Below, one piece after another: positions 38,001 to 53,000 of a stretch of 64,000 nt of DNA; positions within the stretch are counted from its first letter, which is position 1; every line of letters begins with the position of its first letter. This stretch comes from Eledone cirrhosa (lineage: Eukaryota): contig OZ024741.1 in the NCBI GenBank assembly GCA_964016885.1, positions 404,054,001-404,118,000 of the forward strand, in the 5' to 3' direction. The notes below the pieces were generated by a model, which did not search any database, had not been told where the DNA came from, and was given only the letters and a program-made list of their open reading frames with translations. The position numbers were made by a program, and so were the translations under genes.

Positions 38001-41000
38001 CACCAGTTAGCCAAGTGGTGCCACTAGCCGGTGTAAGGGCTACACACACCAGTTAGCCAAGTGGTGCCACTAGCCACTAGCCGGTGTAAGGGCTACACAC
38101 ACCAGTTAGCCAAGTGGTGCCACTAGCCACTAGGCGGTGTCAGGGCTACACACACCAGTTAGCCAAGTGGTGCCACTAGCCGGTGTAAGGGCTACACACA
38201 CCAGTTAGCCAAGTGGTGCCACTAGCCGGTGTAAGGGCTACACACACCAGTTAGCCAAGTGGTGCCACTAGCCACTAGGCGGTGTAAGGGCTACACACAC
38301 CAGTTAGCCAAGTGGTGCTACTAGCCACTAGCCGGTGTCAGGGCTACACACACCAGTTAGCCAAGTGGTGCCACTAGCCACTAGGCGGTGTAAGGGCTAC
38401 ACACACCAGTTAGCCAAGTGGTGCTACTAGCCACTAGCCGGTGTCAGGGCTACACACACCAGTTAGCCAAGTGGTGCCACTAGCCACTAGGCGGTGTAAG
38501 GGCTACACACCCCAGTTAGCCAAGTGGTGCCACTAGCCACTAGCCGGTGTCAGGGCTACACACACCAGTTAGCCAAGTGGTGCCACTAGCCACTAGCCGG
38601 TGTAAGGGCTACACACACCAGTTAGCCAAGTGGTGCTACTAGCCACTAGCCGGTGTCAGGGCTACACACACCAGTTAGCCAAGTGGTGCCACTAGCCACT
38701 AGGCGGTGTAAGGGCTACACACACCAGTTAGCCAAGTGGTGCTACTAGCCACTAGCCGGTGTCAGGGCTACACACACCAGTTAGCCAAGTGGTGCCACTA
38801 GCCACTAGCCGGTGTCAGGGCTACACACACCAGTTAGCCAAGTGGTGCTACTAGCCACTAGCCGGTGTCAGGGCTACACACACCAGTCAGCCAAGTGGTG
38901 CCACTAGCCACTAGCCGGTGTCAGGGCTACACACACCAGTTAGCCAAGTGGTGCTACTAGCCACTAGCCGGTGTCAGGGCTACACACACCAGTTAGCCAA
39001 GTGGTGCTACCAGCCACTAGCCGGTGTCAGGGCTACACACACCAGTTAGCCAAGTGGTGCTACTAGCCACTAGCCGGTGTCAGGGCTACACACACCAGTT
39101 AGCCAAGTGGTGCTACCAGCCACTAGCCGGTGTCAGGGCTACACACACCAGTTAGCCAAGTGGTGCTACTAGCCACTAGCCGGTGTCAGGGCTACACACA
39201 CCAGTTAGCCAAGTGGTGCCACTAGCCACTAGCCGGTGTCAGGGCTACACACACCAGTTAGCCAAGTGGTGCCACTAGCCACTAGGTGGTGTCAGGGCTA
39301 CACACACCAGTTAGCCAAGTGGTGCTACTAGCCACTAGCCGGTGTCAGGGCTACACACACCAGTTAGCCAAGTGGTGCCACTAGCCACTAGCCGGTGTCA
39401 GGGCTACACACACCAGTTAGCCAAATGGTGCCACTAGCCACTAGGCGGTGTCAGGGCTACACACACCAGTCAGCCAAGTGGTGCCACTAGCCACTAGCCG
39501 GTGTCAGGGCTACACACACCAGTTAGCCAAGTGGTGCCACTAGCCACTAGCCGCTGTCAGGGCTACACACACCAGTTAGACAAGTGGTGCCACTAGCCAC
39601 TAGGCGGTGTAAGGGCTACACACACCAGTTAGCCAAGTGGTGCCACTAGCCACTAGGCGGTGTAAGGGCTACACACACCAGTTAGCCAAGTGGTGCCACT
39701 AGCCACTAGCCGGTGTCAGGGCTACACACACCAGTTAGCCAAGTGGTGCTACTAGCCGGTGTAAGGGCTACACACACCAGTTAGCCAAGTGGTGCCACTA
39801 GCCACTAGCCGGTGTCAGGGCTACACACACCAGTTAGCCAAGTGGTGCTACTAGCCGGTGTAAGGGCTACACACACCAGTTAGCGAAGTGGTGCCACTAG
39901 CCACTAGGCGGTGTAAGGGCTACACACACCAGTTAGCCAAGTGGTGCAACTAGCCACTAGCCGGTGTAAGGGCTACACACACCAGTTAGCCAAGTGGTGC
40001 CACTAGCCACTAGGCGGTGTAAGGGCTACACACACCAGTTAGCCAAGTGGTGCCACTAGCCGGTGTCAGGGCTACACACACCAGTTAGCCAAGTGGTGCT
40101 ACTAGCCACTAGCCGGTGTCAGGTCTACACACACCAGTTAGCCAAGTGGTGCTACTAGCCGGTGTCAGGTCTACACACACCAGTCAGCCAAGTGGTGCCA
40201 CTAGCCACTAGCCGGTGTCAGGGCTACACACACCAGTCAGCCAAGTGGTGCCACTAGCCGGTGTCAGGGCTACACACACCAGTTAGCCAAGTGGTGCCAC
40301 TAGCCGGTGTAAGGGCTACACACACCAGTTAGCCAAGTGGTGCTACTAGCCGGTGTAAGGGCTACACACACCAGTTAGCCAAGTGGTGCCACTAGCCGGT
40401 GTAAGGGCTACACACACCAGTTAGCCAAGTGGTGCCACTAGCCGGTGTCAGGGCTACACACACCAGTTAGCCAAGTGGTGCCACTAGCCGGTGTAAGGGC
40501 TACACACACCAGTTAGCCAAGTGGTGCCACTAGCCACTAGCCGGTGTCAGGGCTACACACACCAGTTAGCCAAGTGGTGCCACTAGCCACTAGCCGGTGT
40601 CAGGGTTACACACACCAGTCAGCCAAGTGGTGCCACTAGCCGGTGTAAGGGCTACACACACCAGTTAGCCAAGTGGTGCTACTAGCCGGTGTAAGGGCTA
40701 CACACACCAGTTAGCCAAGTGGTGCCACTAGCCACTAGCCGGTGTCAGGGCTACACACACCAGTTAGCCAAGTGGTGCTACTAGCCGGTGTCAGGGCTAC
40801 ACACACCAGTTAGCCAAGTGGTGCCACTAGCCGGTGTAAGGGCTACACACACCAGTTAGCCAAGTGGTGCCACTAGCCACTAGCCGGTGTCAGGGCTACA
40901 CACACCAGTTAGCCAAGTGGTGCTACTAGCCGGTGTAAGGGCTACACACACCAGTTAGCCAAGTGGTGCCACTAGCCGGTGTAAGGGCTACACACACCAG

Positions 41001-44000
41001 TTAGCCAAGTGGTGCCACTAGCCGGTGTCAGGGCTACACACACCAGTCAGCCAAGTGGTGCCACTAGCCGGTGTCAGGGCTACACACACCAGTTAGCCAA
41101 GTGGTGCTACTAGCTGGTGTCAGGGCTACACACACCAGTTAGCCAAGTGGTGCTACTAGCTGGTGTCAGGGCTACACACACCAGTTAGCCAAGTGGTGCT
41201 ACTAGCCACTAGCCGGTGTAAGGGCTACACACACCAGTCAGCCATGTGGTGCCACTAGCCACTAGCCGGTGTAAGGGCTACACACACCAGTCAGCCAAGT
41301 GGTGCTACTAGCCACTAGCCGGTGTAAGGGCTACACACACCAGTTAGCCAAGTGGTGCCACTAGCCACTAGCCGGTGTAAGGGCTACACACACCAGTCAG
41401 CCAAGTGGTGCCACTAGCCACTAGCCGGTGTAAGGGCTACACACACCAGTTAGCCGAGTGGTGCCACTAGCCACTAGCCGGTGTAAGGGCTACACACACC
41501 AGTTAGCCAAGTGGTGCCACTAGCCACTAGCCGGTGTAAGGGCTACACACACCAGTTAGCCAAGTGGTGCTACTAGCCACTAGGCGGTGTAAGGGCTACA
41601 CACACCAGTCAGCCAAGTGGTGCTACTAGCCACTAGGCGGTGTAAGGGCTACACACACCAGTCAGCCAAGTGGTGCTACTAGTCACTAGCCGGTGTAAGG
41701 GCTACACACACCAGTTAGCCAAGTGGTGCCACTAGCCACTAGGCGGTGTAAGGGCTACACACACCAGTTAGCCAAGTGGTGCTACTAGCCGGTGTCAGGG
41801 CTACACACACCAGTTAGCCAAGTGGTGCCACTAGTCGGTGTCAGGGCTACACACACCAGTTAGCCAATTGGTGCTACTAGCCTGTGTAAGGGCTACACAC
41901 ACCAGTTAGCCAAGTGGTGCCACTAGCCACTAGCGGGTGTAAGGGCTACACACACCAGTTAGCCAGGTGGTGCCACTAGCTGGTGTCAGGGCTACACACA
42001 CCAGTTAGCCAAGTGGTGCTACTAGCCGGTGTAAGGGCTACACACACCAGTTAGCCAAGTGGTGCCACTAGCCACTAGCCGGTGTAAGGGCTACACACAC
42101 CAGTTAGCCAAGTGGTGCCACTAGCCACTAGCCGGTGTAAGGGCTACACACACCAGTTAGCCAGGTGGTGCTACTAGCCGGTGTAAGGGCTACACACAAC
42201 AGTTAGCCAAGTGGTGCTACTAGCCACTAGCCGGTGTAAGGGCTACACACACCAGTTAGCCAAGTGGTGCCACTAGCCACTAGCCGGTGTAAGGGCTACA
42301 CACACCAGTTAGCCAAGTGGTGCCACTAGCCACTAGCCGGTGTAAGGGCTACACACACCAGTTAGCCAAGTGGTGCTACTAGCTGGTGTCAGGGATACAC
42401 ACACCAGTTAGCCAAGTGGTGCCACTAGCCACTAGCCGGTGTAAGGGCTACACACACCAGTTAGCCAAGTGGTGCTACTAGCCGGTGTAAGGGCTACACA
42501 CACCAGTTAGCCAAGTGGTGCTACTAGCCGGTGTAAGGGCTACACACACCAGTTAGCCAAGTGGTGCTACTAGCTAGTGTAAGGGCTACACACACCAGTT
42601 AGCCAAGTGGTGCTACTAGCCGGTGTAAGGGCTACACACACCAGTTAGCCAAGTGGTGCTACTAGCCGGTGTAAGGGCTACACACACCAGTTAGCCAAGT
42701 GGTGCTACTAGCCGGTGTAAGGGCTACACACACCAGTTAGCCAAGTGGTGCTACTAGCCGGTGTAAGGGCTACACACACCAGTTAGCCAAGTGGTGCTAC
42801 TAGCCGGTGTAAGGGCTACACACACCAGTTAGCCAAGTGGTGCTACTAGCCGGTGTAAGGGCTACACACACCAGTTAGCCAAGTGGTGCTACTAGCCGGT
42901 GTAAGGGCTACACACACCAGTTAGCCAAGTGGTGCTACTAGCCGGTGTCAGGGCTACACACACCAGTTAGCCAAGTGGTGCTACTAGCCGGTGTAAGGGC
43001 TACACACACCAGTTAGCCAAGTGGTGCTACTAGCTGGTGTAAGGGCTACACACACCAGTTAGCCAAGTGGTGCTACTAGCCGGTGTAAGGGCTACACACA
43101 CCAGTTAGCCAAGTGGTGCCACTAGCCACTAGCCGGTGTAAGGGCTACACACACCAGTCAGCCAAGTGGTGCTACTAGCCACTAGCCGGTGTCAGGGCTA
43201 CACACACCAGTCAGCCAAGTGGTGCTACTAGCCACTAGTCGGTGTAAGGGCTACACACACCAGTTAGCCAAGTGGTGCTACTAGCCACTAGTCGGTGTAA
43301 GGGCTACACACACCAGTTAGCCAAGTGGTGCTACTATCCACTAGCCGGTGTAAGGGCTACACACACCAGTTAGCCAAGTGGTGCTACTAGCCACTAGTCG
43401 GTGTAAGGGCTACACACACCAGTTAGCCAAGTGGTGCTACTAGCCACTAGTCGGTGTAAGGGCTACACACACCAGTTAGCCAAGTGGTGCTACTAGCCAC
43501 TAGCCGGTGTAAGGGCTACACACACCAGTTAGCCAAGTGGTGCTACTAGCCACTAGTCGGTGTAAGGGCTACACACACCAGTTAGCCAAGTGGTGCCACT
43601 AGCCGGTGTCAGGGTTTCACACACCAGTTAGCCAAGTGGTGCTACTAGCCACTAGTCGGTGTCAGGGCTACACACACCAGTTAGCCAAGTGGTGCTACTA
43701 GCCACTAGCCGGTGTCAGGGCTACACACACCAGTCAGCCAAGTGGTGCAACTAGCCACTAGCCGGTGTCAGGGCTACACACACCAGTTAGCCAAGTGGTG
43801 CTACTAGCCACTAGCCGGTGTAAGGGCTACACACACCAGTTAGCCAAGTGGTGCTACTAGCCACTAGTCGGTGTAAGGGCTACACACACCAGTTAGCCAA
43901 GTGGTGCCACTAGCCGGTGTAAGGGCTACACACACCAGTTAGCCAAGTGGTGCTACTAGCCGGTGTAAGGGCTACACACACCAGTTAGCCAAGTGGTGCC

Positions 44001-47000
44001 ACTAACCGGTGTAAGGGCTACACACACCAGTTAGCCAAGTGGTGCCACTAGCCGGTGTAAGGGCTACACACACCAGTTAGCCAAGTGGTGCCACTAGCCG
44101 GTGTAAGGGCTACACACACCAGTTAGCCAAGTGGTGCTACTAGCCACTAGGCGGTGTAAGGGCTACACACACCAGTTAGCCAAGTGGTGCCACTAGCCGG
44201 TGTCAGGGCTACACACACCAGTTAGCCAAGTGGTGGCACTAGCCGGTGTCAGGGCTACACACACCAGTTAGCCAAGTGGTGCCACTAGCCGGTGTAAGGG
44301 CTACACACACCAGTTAGCCAAGTGGTGCTACTAGCCACTAGTCGGTGTAAGGGCTACACACACCAGTTAGCCAAGTGGTGCCACTAGCCGGTGTAAGGGC
44401 TACACACACCAGTTAGCCAAGTGGTGCTACTAGCCGGTGTAAGGGCTACACACACCAGTTAGCCAAGTGGTGCCACTAGCCGGTGTAAGGGCTACACACA
44501 CCAGTTAGCCAAGTGGTGCCACTAGCCGGTGTAAGGGCTACACACACCAGTTAGCCAAGTGGTGCCACTAGCCACTAGCCGGTGTCAGGGCTACACACAC
44601 CAGTTAGCCAAGTGGTGCCACTAGCCACTAGCCGGTGTAAGGGCTACACACACCAGTTAGACAACTGGTGCCACTAGCCACTAGCCGGTGTAAGGGCTAC
44701 ACACACCAGTTAGCCAAGTGGTGCCACTAGCCGGTGTCAGGGCTACACACACCAGTTAGCCAAGTGGTGCCACTAGCCACTAGCCGGTGTCAGGGCTACA
44801 CACACCAGTTAGCCAAGTGGTGCCACTAGCCACTAGCCGGTGTAAGGGCTACACACACCAGTTAGACAAGTGGTGCCACTAGCCACTAGGCGGTGTCAGG
44901 GCTACACACACCAGTTAGCCAAGTGGTGCCACTAGCCACTAGCCGGTGTAAGGGCTACACACACCAGTTAGCCAAGTGTTGCCACTAGCCGGTGTCAGGG
45001 CTACACACACCAGTTAGCCAAGTGGTGCCACTAGCCACAAGCCGGTGTCAGGGCTACACACACCAGTTAGCCAAGTGGTGCCACTAGCCACTAGCCGGTG
45101 TAAGGGCTACACACACCAGTTAGACAAGTGGTGCCACTAGCCACTAGCCGGTGTCAGGGCTACACACACCAGTTAGCCAAGTGGTGCCACTAGCCACTAG
45201 CCGGTGTCAGGGCTACACACAGCAGTTAGCCAAGTGGTGCTACTAGCCACTAGCCGGTGTAAGGGCTACACACACCAGTTAGCCAAGTGGTGCCACTAGC
45301 CACTAGGCGGTGTCAGGGCTACACACACCAGTCAGCCAAGTGGTGCCACTAGCCACTAGCCGGTGTAAGGGCTACACACACCAGTCAGCCAAGTGGTGCC
45401 ACTAGCCACTAGCCGGTGTAAGGGCTACACACACCAGTCAGCCAAGTGGTGCCACTAGCCACTAGCCGGTGTAAGGGCTACACACACCAGTTAGCCGAGT
45501 GGTGCCACTAGCCACTAGCCAGTGTAAGGGCTACACACACCAGTTAGCCAAGTGGTGCCACTAGCCACTAGGCGGTGTAAGGGCTACACACACCAGTTAG
45601 CCAAGTGGTGCCACTAGCCACTAGCCGGTGTCAGGGCTACACACACCAGTTAGCCAAGTGGTGCCACTAGCCACTAGCCGGTGTCAGGGCTACACACACC
45701 AGTTAGCCAAGTGGTGCCACTAGCCACTAGCCGGTGTCAGGGTTACACACACCAGTTAGCCAAGTGGTGCCACTAGCCACTAGCCGGTGTCAGGGCTACA
45801 CACACCAGTTAGCCAAGTGGTGCCACTAGCCACTAGCCGGTGTCAGGGCTACACACACCAGTTAGCCAAGTGGTGCCACTAGCCACTAGCCGGTGTCAGG
45901 GCTACACACACCAGTTAGCCAAGTGGTGCCACTAGCCACTAGCCGGTGTCAGGTCTACACACACCAGTTAGCCAAGTGGTGCCACTAGCCACTAGCCGGT
46001 GTCAGGGCTACACACACCAGTTAGCCAAGTGGTGCTACCAGCCACTAGCCGGTGTCAGGGCTACACACACCAGTTAGCCAAGTGGTGCTACTAGCCACTA
46101 GCCGGTGTCAGGGCTACACACACCAGTCAGCCAAGTGGTACCACTAGCCACTAGCCGGTGTCAGGGCTACACACACCAGTTAGCCAAGTCGTGCCACTAG
46201 CCGGTGTCAGGGCTACACACACCAGTTAGCCAAGTGGTGCCACTAGCCGGTGTAAGGGCTACACACACCAGTTAGCCAAGTGGTGCCACTAGCCGGTGTC
46301 AGGGCTACACACACCAGTTAGCCAAGTGGTGCCACTAGCCGGTGTAAGGGCTACACACACCAGTTAGCCAAGTGGTGCCACTAGCCGGTGTCAGGGCTAC
46401 ACACACCAGTTAGCCAAGTGGTGCCACTAGCCGGTGTAAGGGCTACACACACCAGTTAGCCAAGTGGTGCTACTAGCCGGTGTAAGGGCTACACACACCA
46501 GTTAGCCAAGTGGTGCCACTAGCCACTAGCCGGTGTAAGGGCTACACACACCAGTTAGCCAAGTGGTGCCACTAGCCGGTGTAAGGGCTACACACACCGG
46601 TTAGCCAAGTGGTGCCACTAGCCACTAGCCGGTGTAAGTGCTACACACACCAGTTAGCCAAGTGGTGCCACTAGCCACTAGCCGGTGTCAGGGCTACACA
46701 CACCAGTTAGCCAAGTGGTGCCACTAGCCGGTGTAAGGGCTACACACACCAGTTAGCCAAGTGGTGCCACTAGCCACTAGCCGGTGTAAGGGCTACACAC
46801 ACCAGTTAGCCAAGTGGTGCCACTAGCCGGTGTAAGGGCTACATACACCGGTTAGCCAAGTGGTGCCACTAGCCACTAGCCGGTGTAAGTGCTACACACA
46901 CCAGTCAGCCAAGTGGTGCCACTAGCCACTAGCCGGTGTCAGGGCTACACACACCAGTTAGCCAAGTGGTGCCACTAGCCACTAGCCGGTGTCAGGGCTA

Positions 47001-50000
47001 CACACACCAGTCAGCCAAGTGGTGCCACTAGCCGGTGTCAGGGCTACACACACCAGTTAGCCAAGTGGTGCTACTAGCCGGTGTAAGGGCTACACACACC
47101 AGTTAGCCAAGTGGTGCCACTAGCCACTAGCCGGTGTCAGGGCTACACACACCAGTCAGCCAAGTGGTGCCACTAGCCACTAGCCGGTGTCAGGGCTACA
47201 CACACCAGTCAGCCAAGTGGTGCCACTAGCCACTAGCCGGTGTCAGGGCTACACACACCAGTCAGCCAAGTGGTGCCACTAGCCACTAGCCGGTGTCAGG
47301 GCTACACACACCAGTTAGCCAAGTGGTGCCACTAGCCACTAGCCGGTGTCAGGGCTACACACACCAGTTAGCCAAGTGGTGCTACTAGCCACTAGCCGGT
47401 GTCAGGGTTAAACACACCAGTTAGCCAAGTGGTGCCACTAGCCACTAGGCGGTGTAAGGGCTACACACACCAGTCAGCCAAGTGGTGCTACTAGTCACTA
47501 GCCGGTGTAAGGGCTACACACACCAGTTAGCCAAGTGGTGCCACTAGCCACTAGGCGGTGTAAGGGCTACACACACCAGTTAGCCAAGTGGTGCTACTAG
47601 CCGGTGTCAGGGCTACACACACCAGTTAGCCAAGTGGTGCCACTAGTCGGTGTCAGGGCTACACACACCAGTTAGCCAATTGGTGCTACTAGCCTGTGTA
47701 AGGGCTACACACACCAGTTAGCCAAGTGGTGCCACTAGCCACTAGCGGGTGTAAGGGCTACACACACCAGTTAGCCAGGTGGTGCCACTAGCTGGTGTCA
47801 GGGCTACACACACCAGTTAGCCAAGTGGTGCTACTAGCCGGTGTAAGGGCTACACACACCAGTTAGCCAAGTGGTGCCACTAGCCACTAGCCGGTGTCAG
47901 GGCTACACACACCAGTTAGCCAAGTGGTGCCACTAGCCACTAGCCGGTGTAAGGGCTACACACACCAGTTAGCCAAGTGGTGCCACTAGCCACTAGCCGG
48001 TGTAAGGGCTACACACACCAGTTAGCCAAGTGGTGCCACTAGCCACTAGCCGGTGTAAGGGCTACACACACCAGTTAGCCAAGTGGTGCCACTAGCCACT
48101 AGCCGGTGTAAGGGCTACACACACCAGTTAGCCAAGTGGTGCCACTAGCCACTAGCCGGTGTAAGGGCTACACACACCAGTTAGCCAAGTGGTGCCACTA
48201 GCCACTAGCCGGTGTAAGGGCTACACACACCAGTTAGCCAAGTGGTGCTACTAGCCGGTGTAAGGGCTACACACACCAGTTAGCCAAGTGGTGCTACTAG
48301 CCACTAGCCGGTGTAAGGGCTACACACACCAGTTAGCCAAGTGGTGCCACTAGCCGGTGTAAGGGCTACACACACCAGTTAGCCAAGTGGTGCTACTAGC
48401 CGGTGTAAGGGCTACACACACCAGTTAGCCAAGTGGTGCTACTAGCCACTAGTCGGTGTCAGGGCTACACACACCAGTTAGCCAAGTGGTGCTACTAGCC
48501 GGTGTAAGGGCTACACACACCAGTTAGCCAAGTGGTGCTACTAGCCGGTGTAAGGGCTACACACACCAGTTAGCCAAGTGGTGCTACTAGCTGGTGTAAG
48601 GGCTACACACACCAGTTAGCCAAGTGGTGCTACTAGCCGGTGTAAGGGCTACACACACCAGTTAGCCAAGTGGTGCTACTAGCCACTAGTCGGTGTAAGG
48701 GCTACACACACCAGTTAGCCAAGTGGTGCTACTAGCCACTAGTCGGTGTAAGGGCTACACACACCAGTTAGCCAAGTGGTGCTACTAGCCACTAGTCGGT
48801 GTAAGGGCTACACACACCAGTTAGCCAAGTGGTGCTACTAGCCACTAGTCGGTGTAAGGGCTACACACACCAGTTAGCCAAGTGGTGCTACTAGCCACTA
48901 GTCGGTGTAAGGGCTACACACACCAGTTAGCCAAGTGGTGCTACTAGCCACTAGTCGGTGTCAGGGCTACACACACCAGTTAGCCAAGTGGTGCTACTAG
49001 CCACTAGTCGGTGTAAGGGCTACACACACCAGTTAGCCAAGTGGTGCTACTAGCCACTAGTCGGTGTATGGGCTACACACACCAGTTAGCAGAGTGGTGC
49101 TACTAGCCACTAGTCGGTGTCAGGGCTACACACACCAGTTAGCCAAGTGGTGCTACCAGCCGGTGTAAGGGCTACACACACCAGTTAGCCAAGTGGTGCT
49201 ACCAGCCGGTGTAAGGGCTACACACACCAGTTAGCCAAGTGGTGCTACCAGCCGGTGTAAGGGCTACACACACCAGTTAGCCAAGTGGTGCTACTAGCCG
49301 GTGTAAGGGCTACACACACCAGTTAGCCAAGTGGTGACACTAGCCGGTGTCAGGGCTACACACACCAGTTAGCCAAGTGGTGCTACTAGCCGGTGTAAGG
49401 GCTACACACACCAGTTAGCCAAGTGGTGCCACTAGCCACTAGCCGGTGTAAGGGCTACACACACCAGTTAGCCAAGTGGTGCCACTAGCCACTAGCCGGT
49501 GTCAGGGCTACACACACCAGTTAGCCAAGTGGTGCTACTAGCCGGTGTAAGGGCTACACACACCAGTTAGCCAAGTGGTGCCACTAGCCACTAGCCGGTG
49601 TAAGGGCTACACACACCAGTTAGCCAAGTGGTGACACTAGCCGGTGTCAGGGCTCACACACCAGTTAGCCAAGTGGTGCTACTAGCCGGTGTCAGGGCTA
49701 CACACACCAGTTAGCCAAGTGGTGCCACTAGCCACTAGCCGGTGTAAGGGCTACACACACCAGTTAGCCACATGGTGCTACTAGCCGGTGTAAGGGCTAC
49801 ACACACCAGTTAGACAAGTGGTGCCACTAGCCACTAGCCGGTGTCAGGGCTACACACACCAGTTAGCCGAGTGGTGCCACTAGCCACTAGCCGGTGTAAG
49901 GGCTACACACACCAGTTAGACAAGTGGTGCCACTAGCCACTAGCCGGTGTCAGGGCTACACACACCAGTTAGCCAAGTGGTGCCACTAGCCACTAGCCGG

Positions 50001-53000
50001 TGTAAGGGCTACACACACCAGTTAGACAAGTGGTGCCACTAGCCACTAGCCAGTGTCAGGGCTACACACACCAGTTAGCCAAGTGGTGCCACTAGCCACT
50101 AGCCGGTGTAAGGGCTACACACACCAGTTAGCCACATGGTGCTACTAGCCGGTGTCAGGGCTACACACACCAGTTAGCCAAGTGGTGCCACTAGCCACTA
50201 GCCGGTGTAAGGGCTACACACACCAGTTAGCCACATGGTGCTACTAGCCGGTGTCAGGGCTACACACACCAGTTAGCCAAGTGGTGCCACTAGCCACTAG
50301 CCGGTGTAAGGGCTACACACACCAGTTAGACAAGTGGTGCCACTAGCCACTAGCCGGTGTCAGGGCTACACACACCAGTTAGCCAAGTGGTGCCACTAGC
50401 CACTAGCCGGTGTAAGGGCTACACACACCAGTTAGCCACATGGTGCTACTAGCCGGTGTCAGGGCTACACACACCAGTTAGCCAAGTGGTGCCACTAGCC
50501 ACTAGCCGGTGTCAGGGCTACACACACCAGTTAGCCGAGTGGTGCCACTAGCCACTAGCCGGTGTAAGGGCTACACACACCAGTTAGACAAGTGGTGCCA
50601 CTAGCCACTAGCCGGTGTCAGGGCTACACACACCAGTTAGCCAAGTGGTGCTACTAGCCACTAGCCGGTGTAAGGGCTACACACACCAGTTAGCCAAGTG
50701 GTGCCACTAGCTGGTGTCAGGGCTACACACACCAGTTAGCCAAGTGGTGCCACTAGCCACTAGGCGGTGTCAGGGCTACACACACCAGTTAGCCAAGTGG
50801 TGCTACTAGCCACTAGCCGGTGTCAGGGCTACACACACCAGTTAGCCAAGTGGTGCCACTAGCCGGTGTAAGGGCTACACACACCAGTTAGCCAAGTGGT
50901 GCCACTAGCCACTAGCCGGTGTAAGGGCTACACACACCAGTCAGCCAAGTGGTGCCACTAGCCACTAGCCGGTGTAAGGGCTACACACACCAGTCAGCCA
51001 AGTGGTGTTACTAGCCACTAGCCGGTGTAAGGGCTACACACACCAGTTAGCCAAGTGGTGCCACTAGCCACTAGCCGGTGTCAGGGCTGCACACACCAGT
51101 TAGCCAAGTGGTGCCACTAGCCACTAGCCGGTGTAAGGGCTACACACACCAGTTAGCCAAGTGGTGCCACTAGCCACTAGCCGGTGTCAGGGCTACACAC
51201 ACCAGTTAGCCAAGTGGTGCTACTAGCCGGTGTCAGGGCTACACACACCAGTTAGCCAAGTGGTGCTACTAGCTGGTGTCAGGGCTACACACACCAGTTA
51301 GCCATGTGGTGCCACTAGCCGGTGTAAGGGCTACACACACCAGTTAGCCAAGTGGTGTTACTAGCTGGTGTCAGGGCTACACACACCAGTTAGCCATGTG
51401 GTGCCACTAGCCGGTGTCAGGGCTACACACACCAGTTAGCCAAGTGGTGCTACTAGCTGGTGTCAGGGCTACACACACCAGTTAGCCAAGTGGTGCTACT
51501 AGCCGGTGTAAGGGCTACACACACCAGTTAGCCAAGTGGTGCTACTAGCCGGTGTCAGGGCTACACACACCAGTTAGCCAAGTGGTGCTACTAGCTGGTG
51601 TCAGGGCTACACACACCAGTTAGCCATGTGGTGCCACTAGCCGGTGTCAGGGCTACACACACCAGTTAGCCAAGTGGTGCTACTAGCTGGTGTCAGGGCT
51701 ACACACACCAGTTAGCCAAGTGGTGCTACTAGCCGGTGTAAGGGCTACACACACCAGTTAGCCAAGTGGTGCCACTAGCCACTAGCCGGTGTCAGGGCTA
51801 CACACACCAGTTAGACAAGTGGTGCTACTAGCCACTAGCCGGTGTAAGGGCTACACACACCAGTTAGCCAAGTGGTGCTACTAGCCGGTGTAAGGGCTAC
51901 ACACACCAGTTAGACAAGTGGTGCTACTAGCCACTAGCCGGTGTCAGGGCTACACACACCAGTTAGCCAAGTGGTGCCACTAGCCGGTGTCAGGGCTACA
52001 CACACCAGTCAGCCAAGTGGTGCCACTAGTCGGTGTCAGGGCTACACACACCAGTTAGCCAAGTGGTGCTACTAGCTGGTGTAAGGGCTACACACACCAG
52101 TTAGCCAAGTGGTGCTACTAGCCGGTGTAAGGGCTACACACACCAGTTAGCCTAGTGGTGCCACTAGCCGGTGTAAGGGCTACACACACCAGTCAGCCAA
52201 GTGGTGCCACTAGTCGGTGTCAGGGCTACACACACCAGTTAGCCAAGTGGTGCTACTAGCCGGTGTAAGGGCTACACACACCAGTTAGCCAAGTGGTGCC
52301 ACTAGCCGGTGTAAGGGCTACACACACCAGTCAGCCAAGTGGTGCCACTAGTCGGTGTCAGGGCTACACACACCAGTTAGCCAAGTGGTGCTACTAGCCG
52401 GTGTAAGGGCTACACACGCCAGTTAGCCAAGTGGTGCTACTAGCTGGTGTCAGGGCTACACACACCAGTTAGCCAAGTGGTGCTACTAGCTGGTGTCAGG
52501 GCTACACACACCAGTTAGCCAAGTGGTGCTACTAGCTGGTGTCAGGGCTACACACACCAGTTAGCCAAGTGGTGCTACTAGCCGGTGTAAGGGCTACACA
52601 CACCAGTTAGCCAAGTGGTGCTACTAGCTGGTGTCAGGGCTACACACACCAGTTAGCCAAGTGGTGCTACTAGCTGTTGTAAGGGCTACACACACCAGTT
52701 AGCCAAGTGGTGCTACTAGCTGGTGTCAGGGCTACACACACCAGTTAGCCAAGTGGTGCTACTAGCTGGTGTCAGGGCTACACACACCAGTTAGCCAAGT
52801 GGTGCTACTAGCCGGTGTAAGGGCTACACACACCAGTTAGCCAAGTGGTGCTACTAGCCGGTGTAAGGGCTACACACACCAGTTAGCCAAGTGGTGCTAC
52901 TAGCTGGTGTCAGGGCTACACACACCAGTTAGCCAAGTGGTGCTACTAGCCGGTGTAAGGGCTACACACACCAGTTAGCCAAGTGGTGCTACTAGCCGGT

